A stretch of 64,000 nucleotides of DNA from an uncultured Anaerolineales bacterium (GTDB taxonomy: Bacteria; Chloroflexota; Anaerolineae; Anaerolineales; UBA4823). The DNA lies in contig CALFWB010000040.1 of NCBI GenBank assembly GCA_937928795.1, positions 98,496-162,495 on the forward strand. Direction: 5' to 3'. The stretch's first letter is position 1. The number at the start of each line of letters is the position of its first letter. Both the position numbers and the translations under genes were made by a program. Positions 50,301 to 58,849 of the stretch are shown here, in pieces. The notes beneath the pieces were generated by a model. The model saw only the letters and a list, made by a program, of their open reading frames with translations, was not told the DNA's origin and made no database searches.

Positions 50301-50485
50301 TGGATCAACAAGGTTTTCTAACCGGGCAGGCTTATGTCGAGTTGAAATATGCCGAAGAAGGCACGCGGCTCTTAATCTATCAAGGCTCTCCAGAAAAAGA
50401 GATCAAAGCACCGGCAGCTTTGGCATTGGGAGAGAAATCTGTTTTACCGAGCGAAGCGGTAGTTCTAAGCCGTTTTCCAAAATGA
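47327..50485 (+). CDS. glyA-gcvT: Fusion of serine hydroxymethyltransferase and glycine-cleavage T protein (aminomethyltransferase)
   Basis: SHMT motifs LIPSES, YAEGYP, GGHLTHG, TTHKSLCGPRG and SGIRMGT. GcvT motifs KRTPLY, GLFDVAHMG, RTGYTGE and GLGARDSLRTEAG. One uninterrupted 1052-aa ORF. Confidence 0.93.
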   Translation: MTDYLFRGSIEDFDRDLKELIELETERQVRKLILIPSESTAPLAVREILSSAFQNIYAEGYPPEESRRYSENEIFDYDFQLSLYRRYSDLRYYKGVEYANIVEMLARRRCAELFANDRVKVDDVFVNVQALSGAPANNAVFHALLNPGDPILGMSLVHGGHLTHGSPVNRSGKLYQAYHYTVDPETEQINYESVQELAEQVRPKILIAGYSSYPWAVDWERFAQIAHSVGAILMADIAHVAGLVAAGVYPSPLGYADVITFTTHKSLCGPRGACILTTDATLAKKIDRAVFPGEQGGPHVNTFAAMALAFKLAQSEQFRQLQAQVVKNCAALTHRLRELGCRIAYGGSNTHLTNLDCRTFVGPDGTTLSGDQAARILDIAGIVVNRNTIPGDTSAADPSGIRMGTPWITQRGLKEEQMHKIAELIVELLRATKPYTYAVRVANLRRAKVDFDTLETVKIQVRQLAEQAGSDEKIGNHGYPHFYFIDDSYASDSGMVSFVIKGDTVRQFLNYATDVDVSTLEPDEACPVHISAPKLSVEGILACRAEREFVLSLPVKEAAHIAAWLRALSDGYVDFEHKEGATDRVMKKLPGPVIVKETESSPLPQVSQKSSSLEKPYFIGLGGGNGEAKPDFQWVQSEGELKRTPLYELHRQLGAKLIPFAGWEMPVWYSSVIEEHQATRTAAGLFDVAHMGVYQVEGADSAAFLDSVCGNDIGGLEVGESCYTHFLDPDANVIDDTLVYRRALDAFLVVVNASNDDKNWAWLNAVLEGKVCIDRQRPWARAFGRKARLRNLRDPKEGNDMRVDIALQGPRSREILLALGVDNETRKKIVALKRTELCDAIVGGFDLIISRTGYTGEKMAFELFVHPQRAAELFKALLEKGEPFGIKPVGLGARDSLRTEAGLPLYGHEMGEGSGKRGERDLGVAEGGFGSYVKLHKPWFIGRQAFVEREKTRKGVVVRFQFLEKGVRMAHGGDPVLDKRGRVIGWVTSCAVDQQGFLTGQAYVELKYAEEGTRLLIYQGSPEKEIKAPAALALGEKSVLPSEAVVLSRFPK

Positions 50486-50511
50486 TGTTTTTCACAAATG
50501 TTTTTCACAAA
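50486..50511. repeat. Perfect tandem duplication of TGTTTTTCACAAA (13 bp x 2)
   Basis: Read directly in the 42-bp intergenic gap. Confidence 0.9.
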
Positions 50512-50527
50512 GGAAGGAGGTTTATAA

Positions 50528-51814
50528 ATGGTAAAGCCCGCGGTTAAGGTAACGGGTGCTTTTCGAGACGAAAGAGGATTACAAACTCCGTGGGATCATC
50601 GTTACGCGCATCGCACAAAACGCATGGGAAGCTCTGCAGTGAGGGAGTTGTTAAAACTTACCGAACAACCCGATATTATCTCATTTGCGGGGGGCTTACC
50701 TGCCCCAGATGTCTTCCCGATTGAGAGGTTTGCAGAAGCCTGTCAAAAAGTTCTCCGCGATCATGGCGCTCAGGCATTGCAATATAGCACAACCGAAGGA
50801 TTGTTACCCTTGCGGGAACAGATTGCTCGGCATACGGCGCGTTACGGCATTACCGTTAATCCAGAGAATATCCTCATTACCTCGGGTTCACAACAAGCGC
50901 TTGACCTAATTGGTAAGGTCTTTATCAATCGGGGGGATCGCATCTTGGTCGAATCTCCCACGTATTTGGGGGCACTTCAGGCTTGGAATGCCTATGGGGC
51001 TGAATACGTAGCCGTTCCCTCGGATAAGCACGGCATGATCACGGATGCCCTAGAAGAGGCTTTGCGTTATGGGCCAAAATTTATCTATGTGTTACCCAAC
51101 TTTCAGAATCCGACCGGGGTAACCCTTTCACTAGAGCGTCGTTATCAATTGGTTGAGCTGGCAAACCGCTTTGGGGTGCCCATCGTCGAGGATGATCCCT
51201 ATGGTCAGTTGCGTTTTGAGGGGGAGCATTTGCCTTCAATCGTGGTCGTTGACAGCCAATATCGAGGCAACCATGATCGGTGTTATCGCGGCAACGTAAT
51301 CTATCTTAGCACCTTCTCGAAAATCCTTGCGCCTGGATTGCGCTTAGCGTGGGTGATTGCTCCTCCAGAAGTCATCCGCAAGATGGTGGAAGCCAAGCAA
51401 GGGGAAGATTTGCATACTGCAACCTTCAATCAATTGGTTGCTCATGAAGTTTCCAAAGGCGGCTTTCTGGATGAGCATGTGAAACTGATCCGCCAAGTCT
51501 ATCGCCAGCGGCGCGATGTCATGCTCTCCGCTATGGACCGCTACTTCCCGCCAGAGGTGGATTGGACGCAACCTGAAGGAGGGCTCTTTTTGTGGGGAAC
51601 GATGCCGGAATATCTCAATTCTAAAGAGGTTCTCAAGGATGCCATTGAGCAAAAAGTGGCCTTTGTGCCCGGCGAAAGTTTTTACCCCGGCGGCGGGGGT
51701 CATAACACGATGCGATTGAATTTCTCGAACGCAACACCGCAAAAAATTGAGGAGGGCATCTATCGCTTGGGGAATGTTATTCGAGCAAAAATGCAGGAAT
51801 TAGCTCCTGCCTAA
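50528..51814 (+). CDS. PLP-dependent class I aminotransferase (LysN/MocR-type)
   Basis: ISFAGGLP, ITSGSQQAL, PNFQNPTG, EDDPYG and PLP-Lys STFSKILAPGLR. Confidence 0.92.
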   Translation: MVKPAVKVTGAFRDERGLQTPWDHRYAHRTKRMGSSAVRELLKLTEQPDIISFAGGLPAPDVFPIERFAEACQKVLRDHGAQALQYSTTEGLLPLREQIARHTARYGITVNPENILITSGSQQALDLIGKVFINRGDRILVESPTYLGALQAWNAYGAEYVAVPSDKHGMITDALEEALRYGPKFIYVLPNFQNPTGVTLSLERRYQLVELANRFGVPIVEDDPYGQLRFEGEHLPSIVVVDSQYRGNHDRCYRGNVIYLSTFSKILAPGLRLAWVIAPPEVIRKMVEAKQGEDLHTATFNQLVAHEVSKGGFLDEHVKLIRQVYRQRRDVMLSAMDRYFPPEVDWTQPEGGLFLWGTMPEYLNSKEVLKDAIEQKVAFVPGESFYPGGGGHNTMRLNFSNATPQKIEEGIYRLGNVIRAKMQELAPA

Positions 51815-51833
51815 GCCTACTGACGAAGAGCTA

Positions 51834-51882
51834 AGCTCATGGAGTAAAGCATGACATCTTGCTCCATGAGCTTTTTGTTTTT
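51834..51882 (+). terminator. Intrinsic terminator after the aminotransferase gene
   Basis: AGCTCATGGAG...CTCCATGAGCT stem followed by TTTTGTTTTT. Confidence 0.7.
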
Positions 51883-53023
51883 AGGGGCAAGCATTATCGA
51901 GGTGTTCGGCGTAGGTTTTCGCAAAGACATGACGTCCGCTACCGTCACAGGCTGTCCGAAAGTAAAAATAATCGCTTTGGGGGGCTTCGGCAACCGCAAG
52001 GATAGCTGCTAAGCCGGGGTTGCAGATTGGCGTGGGGGGCAAACCGGTATAGAGGTAAGTATTATAAGGCGAGTCGATTGAAAAATCTGCACTTTTCAGA
52101 GGGTTGGTCCACCAAGTGTTTTGGTCTTGATTAAAGCCAAGTGCGAATTGAACGGTAGCATCCGAGTCGAGTTTCATTTGAGCACGCCAGCGGTTGAGAA
52201 ACACCGAAGCGATCAGCGGCATCTCCTCTTCCAGAACGCTTTCCCGCTGCACAATCGAGGCGAGGATAATGCCTTCATAGAGGGATAAGCCTTGTTGCTG
52301 CAACTTTTGTTCGATTTCCACCGAAACAGTAGTGTCAAAGTTTTGGGTGAACTGACGGAGCAAATCATCTACGGAAGCAGTTTTTTGGATGCGGTAAGAA
52401 GCTGGCAAGAGAAAACCTTGTAAACCCTGAATGGGTGAGTATCTGGGGTAGGGAAGAAAATTCGCAAGCGGTTGATTAGCAGCAGCAACGAATTCTGGCG
52501 CCGAGAATCTAAGACCAGAAGCCTCCAGAGCAGAGGCTACTTCTTCAATGCGCCAGCCGGCCAGCAGATCAAATTGGATCAGCAAATTGGATGGATCGAC
52601 TAGAGCTTGGGCGATTTGGTAAGGGCTCATTGCGGGGCTGAGGTAATGTTCGCCGGTTTGAATTTGAGTGTCGTAACCAAGGTATTGGAGTAAAACCTGC
52701 ATGGCTTGCGGATCTGAAATCAAGCCATCCTGCGCCAATCTGATCAAGATGGTTGGAGTAGGCTCATTGGAGGAGATGGCAAAAGATTGCGGTGGGGCAT
52801 AAGGATTAAGCGGAGTAGTTAGTTGTTCTTTATGAGCATACAGAAGGGCTTGAAACCACAATTTTTGCGTATAGCCAAGAGATGGATGCGGCTCTCCAAA
52901 GGTTCTTTCAACCTCGGTTTGGAGCGAACCAAACGCTAAGAGTACGATGGCTGTTGATAGGCTACAAAGCGCAACCAGGATAGCGATCAGGAAGCAAGAG
53001 AAAGGCAGTCTTTTTCTATTCAT
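51881..53023 (-). CDS. mltG: Endolytic transglycosylase MltG (YceG family)
   Basis: N-terminal TM, LQGFLLPASY, LASIVQRE, SPYNTYLYTGLPPTPICNPG and YFYF. Start reassigned to ATG 53023. Confidence 0.93.
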   Translation of the reverse strand: MNRKRLPFSCFLIAILVALCSLSTAIVLLAFGSLQTEVERTFGEPHPSLGYTQKLWFQALLYAHKEQLTTPLNPYAPPQSFAISSNEPTPTILIRLAQDGLISDPQAMQVLLQYLGYDTQIQTGEHYLSPAMSPYQIAQALVDPSNLLIQFDLLAGWRIEEVASALEASGLRFSAPEFVAAANQPLANFLPYPRYSPIQGLQGFLLPASYRIQKTASVDDLLRQFTQNFDTTVSVEIEQKLQQQGLSLYEGIILASIVQRESVLEEEMPLIASVFLNRWRAQMKLDSDATVQFALGFNQDQNTWWTNPLKSADFSIDSPYNTYLYTGLPPTPICNPGLAAILAVAEAPQSDYFYFRTACDGSGRHVFAKTYAEHLDNACP

Positions 53024-53441
53024 GGTCGAGAGAAGTGGAATGTTCGATGTAGGATTGCAAAAGGACCGCAGCCGAGAGCGCATCCAGACGATAGCTTCGT
53101 TTTTTGGGATTGACTCCCATTTCTCTGCGAGCGTTCAAGGCAATTTGGGTTGTCTCAAATTCATCCCATAAGACTACTGGAATCTTCGTTTGAGCTCGGA
53201 TGGATTGGGCTAGATTGAAGGATCGGCGGCTCTGCAGGGTGGGCTGTTGGTCAATACCTAGTGCCTGTCCAATAAGAATTAACTCGGCTTGGTTTTGCTC
53301 TGCCAAAGCGATAATTCGTTTCGCATCTTCCTCCTTAGAGCGATGGGAAAATTCGGTAAGGGGGAATGCCACCTTGCCGCTGGGATCGCTAATAGCTACC
53401 CCGATTCGGCGTTGTCCTGGATCGATGGCAAGGATTTTCAT
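53016..53441 (-). CDS. ruvX: YqgF/RuvX RNase H-fold nuclease
   Basis: ILAIDPGQRRIGVAISD and LDALSAAVLLQSY. Confidence 0.92.
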   Translation of the reverse strand: MKILAIDPGQRRIGVAISDPSGKVAFPLTEFSHRSKEEDAKRIIALAEQNQAELILIGQALGIDQQPTLQSRRSFNLAQSIRAQTKIPVVLWDEFETTQIALNARREMGVNPKKRSYRLDALSAAVLLQSYIEHSTSLDHE

Positions 53442-54952
53442 TTTTCTATCACGATCTCAATTCGCATGGGGAGCCATGGCAGGACCGGAAACCATTGCGG
53501 AAATATTTCAAAAGTGGGCGGCTTGGAAAGCGGATAAGTCTGATTCAATTGTTGAGAAACACTATGAATCGGTTTGCCCACCACAAGGTTGCGCACCTGT
53601 TCAGGATCAACCTTGAGTTGAATTTGTCTAGAGATTTCAATTGTGCAACGATAATCTTCGTTTTCTGTTTGAGCAAACGCATCTAGACAATGGGCAACAA
53701 ATGTATCCTGTAATGGAATATATCCATTAGGTAAAGAGGAAGCAAGGAGTTGATTGCCCAACTCCATAAGGGTTTGACGAGCTACGATCCCAAAACCGAC
53801 TTCGAGTTCTAGGTCTAGAGAGAGCAAATCAGTGGCAATTGTCTCATCAGGCGTGTATTGTTGTCGGAGCACGCGGCTTTCAATCGCCGAATCGGGCAGG
53901 AGAAGATCTCCATCTATCATCTCTTCGGATACTTTTCTTTTGGCTTTTTCGATCAGTTCAGCTTCTAACTCTCGAAAAAGCAGTTGGCGATCCTGAGCAC
54001 TTGGCGCAGGGGCAAGCATGTCGCTTCCACCCTCGATGGGTTGGGGATTATCTACGCTAACCCTTAAGCCAAGCAACCCTTCGAGGGATTTGATCTCATT
54101 CGGTTGAGCATTTTGAGCAGAGCCCGCCTCTAATGCCTTAACCTTTATGGTGGCACTTTTCTCATCGCCGCTCTTAAGAAGAACGTTTTGCAGGGTGGCA
54201 TAGCGCCGAGGCTTGGCATCCAGCGTCCGCACGACACTGCCGGCGGGGACTTCGATGGGTTGGTCGGTTAGATTGGTTAGGACGACCTCCCCTTGCGCAA
54301 AATCTTTCGGGAGACGGATCGTTCCACTGACTTTGATCGTTTTTTGCCCGCTAACCGAGATCCGCACCATAGAAATTGGCACTTCGCCGGAGAGGCGCGC
54401 TTGTTGTACCCGCTGAGTTGCAACAAGCGGGATTGAAACGCTTTGTTGTTGGAAAGGGGGCGTGATGTGGATAGTGGCGCTTGGCGCAAGGATGCCGAGC
54501 AAGCTGATGACGGCAAGGATGGCGATGCTAAACCAAACTACTCTTGCCCAAAGCGGTAAAATGCTTTGATGGCTTGCTCGCAAGGCTTGAATTGTGGATA
54601 TTTGAGCGCTAAGAGGAGGTTTGCTTAGGGTGGCGGAGGCGCTTCGCGCAGATAATTCCGCAGAATTCTGTCTAGGCCAATCCGCTTGGTGAGCTTTTTG
54701 GATTGAATGGTAAGTGGGGATGTTGCTCTCCCGCGCAAGTGCTTTGATCAGGGGGTCATGGGTCACGAGAGCAAGTTGACAACCCTTTTTTTGGCTCTGT
54801 CTTTTAAGCCGCAGGAGATCGAGTTTATGGTTCAGGACTCTCCTGCGGCGGGGTAGGACAAGTAAGACGCGCTCAGTCTGAATCCAGCCGATTTTATCGA
54901 GAATAGAAATCACATCATCGTGCGCTTCTACTTGCAGGATTTGGGTTTTCAT
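53438..54952 (-). CDS. Membrane-anchored baseplate J/gp47-like domain protein
   Basis: TM around aa 135-155, then AQGEVVLTN...VPAGSVV...VKALEAG...N...DNPQPIEGGSD. ATGA overlap with ruvX. Confidence 0.75.
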   Translation of the reverse strand: MKTQILQVEAHDDVISILDKIGWIQTERVLLVLPRRRRVLNHKLDLLRLKRQSQKKGCQLALVTHDPLIKALARESNIPTYHSIQKAHQADWPRQNSAELSARSASATLSKPPLSAQISTIQALRASHQSILPLWARVVWFSIAILAVISLLGILAPSATIHITPPFQQQSVSIPLVATQRVQQARLSGEVPISMVRISVSGQKTIKVSGTIRLPKDFAQGEVVLTNLTDQPIEVPAGSVVRTLDAKPRRYATLQNVLLKSGDEKSATIKVKALEAGSAQNAQPNEIKSLEGLLGLRVSVDNPQPIEGGSDMLAPAPSAQDRQLLFRELEAELIEKAKRKVSEEMIDGDLLLPDSAIESRVLRQQYTPDETIATDLLSLDLELEVGFGIVARQTLMELGNQLLASSLPNGYIPLQDTFVAHCLDAFAQTENEDYRCTIEISRQIQLKVDPEQVRNLVVGKPIHSVSQQLNQTYPLSKPPTFEIFPQWFPVLPWLPMRIEIVIEK

Positions 54953-54970
54953 GGACGGTCTTAGAGAAAA

Positions 54971-57715
54971 TCACCTTTGCCGGCTTTTGATCCATTCTTC
55001 CGCACGCGCCATGGCTTCAGGGAGCTTGGCCCCATCTTTGCCGCCAGCTTGGGCCAGATTGGGACGGCCGCCCCCTCCACCGCCAAGCGGCTCAGCCAGA
55101 TAACGGACGAGGTCAACGGCATTCCAACCCTCCTTAACCAGGTCATCGGTGATCCCAACAAATAATTGCGGGCGCTGATTGAGTTCGCTTGATAGGACAA
55201 TGATCCCTCTTTGGGGTGTTTTTTGGCGGAATAAATCGACAATTTGACGCAAAGTTTGAGCTTCAGCTTCAGGGAAATGCATTGCCAGGAAAGTGATACT
55301 GCCAATTTGTGTTTTGCGACTCTGCCAATGTTTTTCAAATTCTTGCTGCACTGCGTGTTGTTTAAGCGCCAAAATTTGCTTTTGAGAACTTTCCAGCTCC
55401 TCGAGGATGCGTTGCACCTTTGGTAACAGTTTATCGGGAGGAACAGATAGGTTCTCTGCTAGGTTGGATAAGATATTCATTCGGTTGGCCACAAGTTCAT
55501 AGGCTTTTCGACCTGTAACTGCTTCAATGCGCCGAATTCCCGCGGCTGCGCTTCCCTCCGAAGTGATCACGAATAGGCAAATTTCGCCAGTATGTTCCAC
55601 ATGCGTCCCACCACATAGCTCATTGGAAAGGATTTCTCGATCACCAATTTTAATATTGCGAACGATTTCGGCGTACTTCTCACCAAATAGAGCAATTGCG
55701 CCTTCTTCGATAGCCTTTTGAAGAGGCTTGAATTCGATGTGGAGAGGAAAGTCCTCAAGGATATCCTGATTGACGCCATCTTGAATGGCTTGGAGCTGTT
55801 CGGGGGTGAGCGGCTCTGGATGGGTAAAGTCGAAACGCAGGCGATCGGGGGCAACTAGTGAGCCAGCTTGGCGAGCATGTTCACCGAGCACGCGCCGCAG
55901 ATGACGGTGGAGGAGATGGGTTGCGGTATGGTTCCTCATAATGTCTTTGCGGCGCTGGCGATCAACAGCAGCAATCGCGCGATCGCCTACTTTTGGTTCG
56001 CCTTTTACAACCTTGCCGAGATGAACGAGGATGCCGGCGGCGGGTTTACGCACGTCTTCAACTTCGATTTGCCACTCGTTGCCGTTCAACGAATCAATCC
56101 AGCCGGTGTCCGAGACTTGTCCACCGCTTTCTAGGTAAAAGCAAGTTTGCGGTAGGATAACCTCGACTTGCTGACCGGGTTGAGCGGAGGCAACCGGCCT
56201 CCCATCGCTGACAATTGCCAGCACTTCTCCTTGAGTAGAGAGTCGTGAGTACGGATCATGCTTAACCCCTTCGGGGTCTAATTTGTTTTGGGCGGTGAGT
56301 TGTTCAAAGAGTTCGCGGTAAATGTCAACGTCCTCACCGCCTAATTCCCCGAAGGCATCGCCAGCACCAGATGCCAGGCGATGTTCTTCCATCGCTCGAT
56401 GAAAACCCGTTTCATCGACGGTGAAGCGGTTTTCTGAAAGAACATCTTTGGTGATCTCCAAAGGCAACCCATAGGTAGCGTACAGGTCAAAAGCCAAGTT
56501 GCCCGCTAGCTCGCTCTGACCCTGCTCCTGCAAGCTCTCCATGAGATTTTCTAGTTTGGTCAAACCCGTTTCGAGCGTTTTGTGGAAGCGGATTTCCTCG
56601 CGAGTGATAGAATCACAAATCGCCTTGCGATTGCGTTCAAGTTCGGGGTAGAACTCTCCGTAATGGTCAATAACAACCTCCGCCACTTTGGCAAGGAAGG
56701 GTTCTCGTAAGCCAATTTTGCTGCCAAAGCGGGCAGCGCGGCGAATAATCATGCGACAAATATAGTTGCGACCGACGTTACCGGGGACAACTCCATCGGC
56801 GATTAGGAAAGTTGCGGCGCGTGAGTGATCGGCAATTACCCGATAGGGAGTAAGGTTAGCTTCACGTTCTGCGTCCGAGTGTCCGCTTAGAGATTGGACA
56901 CATTGCATCATCGGCCAAAAGAGATCGGTGCGATAATTGGAGGACACGTTCTGCAAAACCGAGACGATCCGTTCCAGGCCCATCCCGGTATCCACGTGTT
57001 TTTCGGGAAGCGGTTCAAGCTCAGTTGGGCTGAGGCGGTTGTATTGAATAAAGACCAAATTCCATAGTTCTAAAAATCGTTGGCAACCACCGTTGACCCG
57101 ACACACGTGTCCCGGTTGATCTTTTTTGTCGCAGTATTCTGGCCCGCGGTCAATATGAATTTCGCTGCAGGGACCGCAGGGCCCGATTTCAGCCATCTCC
57201 CAGAAATTTTCCTTCCTGCCGAAAAAGAGGATGTGGCTTGGGTCCATGCCGGGTTGTGCCTGCCAGTTTTCGGCAGCTTCTGCATCTTCAGGGATATTCC
57301 CTTGGTCATCACGGAAACAGGTTGCCCACAAGCGTTCTTTGGGGATTTTCCATACCTCGGTTAGCAATTCCCAAGCCCAGGCAATGGCTTCTTTTTTATA
57401 GTAGTCACCAAACGACCAATTGCCCAGCATTTCAAAGAAGGTGTGGTGGGTATCATCGCGACCAACGTCGTCCAAATCGTTGTGTTTCCCTGCCACGCGC
57501 ATACATTTTTGAGAGTTGGCAGCCCGCCTATAAGGACGTTTGTCAATTCCTAGGAAGACATCCTTGAATTGAACCATTCCTGAATTTGTGAACAGGAGCG
57601 TTTGATCTCCACCCGGCACCAAACTGGAGGATGGAACAAACGTATGACCACGCGCAGTGAAAAAATCAATAAATTCTTTGCGGATTCTGGCACCAGAAAA
57701 TCTTTCTGACGACAT
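54971..57715 (-). CDS. alaS: Alanine--tRNA ligase
   Basis: LLFTNSGM, HHTFFEMLGNWSFGDY, DTGMGLER, editing HTATH and ELCGGTH, C-terminal GGGGG. Start reassigned to ATG 57715 with SD GAGGTG. Confidence 0.98.
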   Translation of the reverse strand: MSSERFSGARIRKEFIDFFTARGHTFVPSSSLVPGGDQTLLFTNSGMVQFKDVFLGIDKRPYRRAANSQKCMRVAGKHNDLDDVGRDDTHHTFFEMLGNWSFGDYYKKEAIAWAWELLTEVWKIPKERLWATCFRDDQGNIPEDAEAAENWQAQPGMDPSHILFFGRKENFWEMAEIGPCGPCSEIHIDRGPEYCDKKDQPGHVCRVNGGCQRFLELWNLVFIQYNRLSPTELEPLPEKHVDTGMGLERIVSVLQNVSSNYRTDLFWPMMQCVQSLSGHSDAEREANLTPYRVIADHSRAATFLIADGVVPGNVGRNYICRMIIRRAARFGSKIGLREPFLAKVAEVVIDHYGEFYPELERNRKAICDSITREEIRFHKTLETGLTKLENLMESLQEQGQSELAGNLAFDLYATYGLPLEITKDVLSENRFTVDETGFHRAMEEHRLASGAGDAFGELGGEDVDIYRELFEQLTAQNKLDPEGVKHDPYSRLSTQGEVLAIVSDGRPVASAQPGQQVEVILPQTCFYLESGGQVSDTGWIDSLNGNEWQIEVEDVRKPAAGILVHLGKVVKGEPKVGDRAIAAVDRQRRKDIMRNHTATHLLHRHLRRVLGEHARQAGSLVAPDRLRFDFTHPEPLTPEQLQAIQDGVNQDILEDFPLHIEFKPLQKAIEEGAIALFGEKYAEIVRNIKIGDREILSNELCGGTHVEHTGEICLFVITSEGSAAAGIRRIEAVTGRKAYELVANRMNILSNLAENLSVPPDKLLPKVQRILEELESSQKQILALKQHAVQQEFEKHWQSRKTQIGSITFLAMHFPEAEAQTLRQIVDLFRQKTPQRGIIVLSSELNQRPQLFVGITDDLVKEGWNAVDLVRYLAEPLGGGGGGRPNLAQAGGKDGAKLPEAMARAEEWIKSRQR

Positions 57716-57743
57716 TTTCTCACCTCGAATAAGGATTACAAGT

Positions 57744-57752
57744 ATTATACCA
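57744..57752 (-). promoter_or_regulatory. Extended -10 promoter (TG-G-TATAAT) for alaS
   Basis: Perfect TATAAT with the TG extension, about 28 nt upstream of the ATG. Confidence 0.7.
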
Positions 57753-57975
57753 AGTTCGGGTTTTAGGCGTGTCGCTTCGAGCGCGGCGAGACTTCTTGAC
57801 GTTCTAAGGGCAAGATTTCTCCTCGCTGCGCTCGTCGAAATGACAAGCTTGCCTTGTCCCTTCGAGTGAGGCGAGCAACGTGTCACTTCGAGCGCAGCGA
57901 GAAGTCCCGATGATTTCGGGTGAAAGGATAGGATTTCTCCTCACTGTGTTTGTCGAAATCCGAATTTCCCAATAC
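57752..57975 (-). repeat. TGTCA-type palindromic MITE-like element (family 2), copy C, with two tandem hairpin units
   Basis: TGTC(G/A)CTTCGAGCGC-x-GCGAGA...GATTTCTCCTC-x-CTG-x-G...GTCGAAA occurs twice, ending ATCCGAATTT. Confidence 0.85.
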
Positions 57976-58138
57976 GGACTCACGATACTCTTTTTAGACA
58001 GCTCCTAGAGAGCGACAGCGTCAACCATTCCTAGGCGCGCACTCTAGGTTACCTGCCTAAGGATGAATTGAAGTATAATCTGGCTTTAGAAAACAAAGTT
58101 AGTCGGATGATCGAATCTCTTCCTTCAGTGAGGTCCGC

Positions 58139-58831
58139 TTGACCGCTGCTCATTCCTTGAACAATTGGGTTTTACCTTCTATAGCAGTTATTATTCCTGT
58201 CTATAACGAGGGGAGAGGAATAAAGCAGGTTTTGGATGTCGTGTGTAAAGTTCCGATGGTTGCAGAAATCGTTGTTGTCGATGATGGTTCAACAGACGGA
58301 AGCGTAGGAATGGTTGTTCGAGCTCAGGAGTGTGATGCCCGCATTCGCCTGATCACCCATGCAAAAAATCGTGGGAAAGGTCAGGCAATCTATTCGGGTT
58401 TACAATCAACTCAGGCGGAGTCGATCGTTTTGTTGGACGCAGATTTGAGAGGTCTAGATGTTCAACACCTCGAAAACCTTATAGATCCGTTGATTAGCGA
58501 TGATTTGGACATGACGATTGGAATTTTCAGAGGGGGAAAGTTTTATTCCGATTTCAGCCATTGGGTGACCCCTTGGCTCTCCGGGCAGCGTTGTTTATGG
58601 AGAGCACATCTGGAAAGGATTTGTTGGAAAGCTGCTGAGGGATATGGCCTGGAGACAGCAATCACTGTTGCTTGCTTACGCAATCATTGGCGATGTAGAA
58701 AGGTTTTCTGGCGGGGAGTATCCCATCCACCAAGCGAGATTCACCGTAACTTCTTCGGCGGCCTGATCAATCGGGTAAAAATGTATTCCCAGATCGGGCG
58801 GGCTTTTCTCATTGCCAGTCTTGATCACTGA
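58139..58831 (+). CDS. Glycosyltransferase family 2
   Basis: VIIPVYNE, VVDDGSTD, NRGKG, DAD and SGQR. Confidence 0.9.
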   Translation: MTAAHSLNNWVLPSIAVIIPVYNEGRGIKQVLDVVCKVPMVAEIVVVDDGSTDGSVGMVVRAQECDARIRLITHAKNRGKGQAIYSGLQSTQAESIVLLDADLRGLDVQHLENLIDPLISDDLDMTIGIFRGGKFYSDFSHWVTPWLSGQRCLWRAHLERICWKAAEGYGLETAITVACLRNHWRCRKVFWRGVSHPPSEIHRNFFGGLINRVKMYSQIGRAFLIASLDH

Positions 58832-58849
58832 CCCAATAGCGAAGGATTC

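Noticed and set aside
53438-54952. Prophage or contractile injection system
   Set aside because: A single baseplate-like gene with a TM anchor and no sheath, tube, spike, terminase or integrase. Kept as a domestication finding instead.
57716-57886. N-terminal extensions given by the ORF track (alaS, and also recG, purB, the NarL regulator, mltG, the ABC ATPase and the receiver at 7840)
   Set aside because: They run through promoters, repeats or neighbouring genes. Downstream ATGs match the family N-termini and often have an SD.
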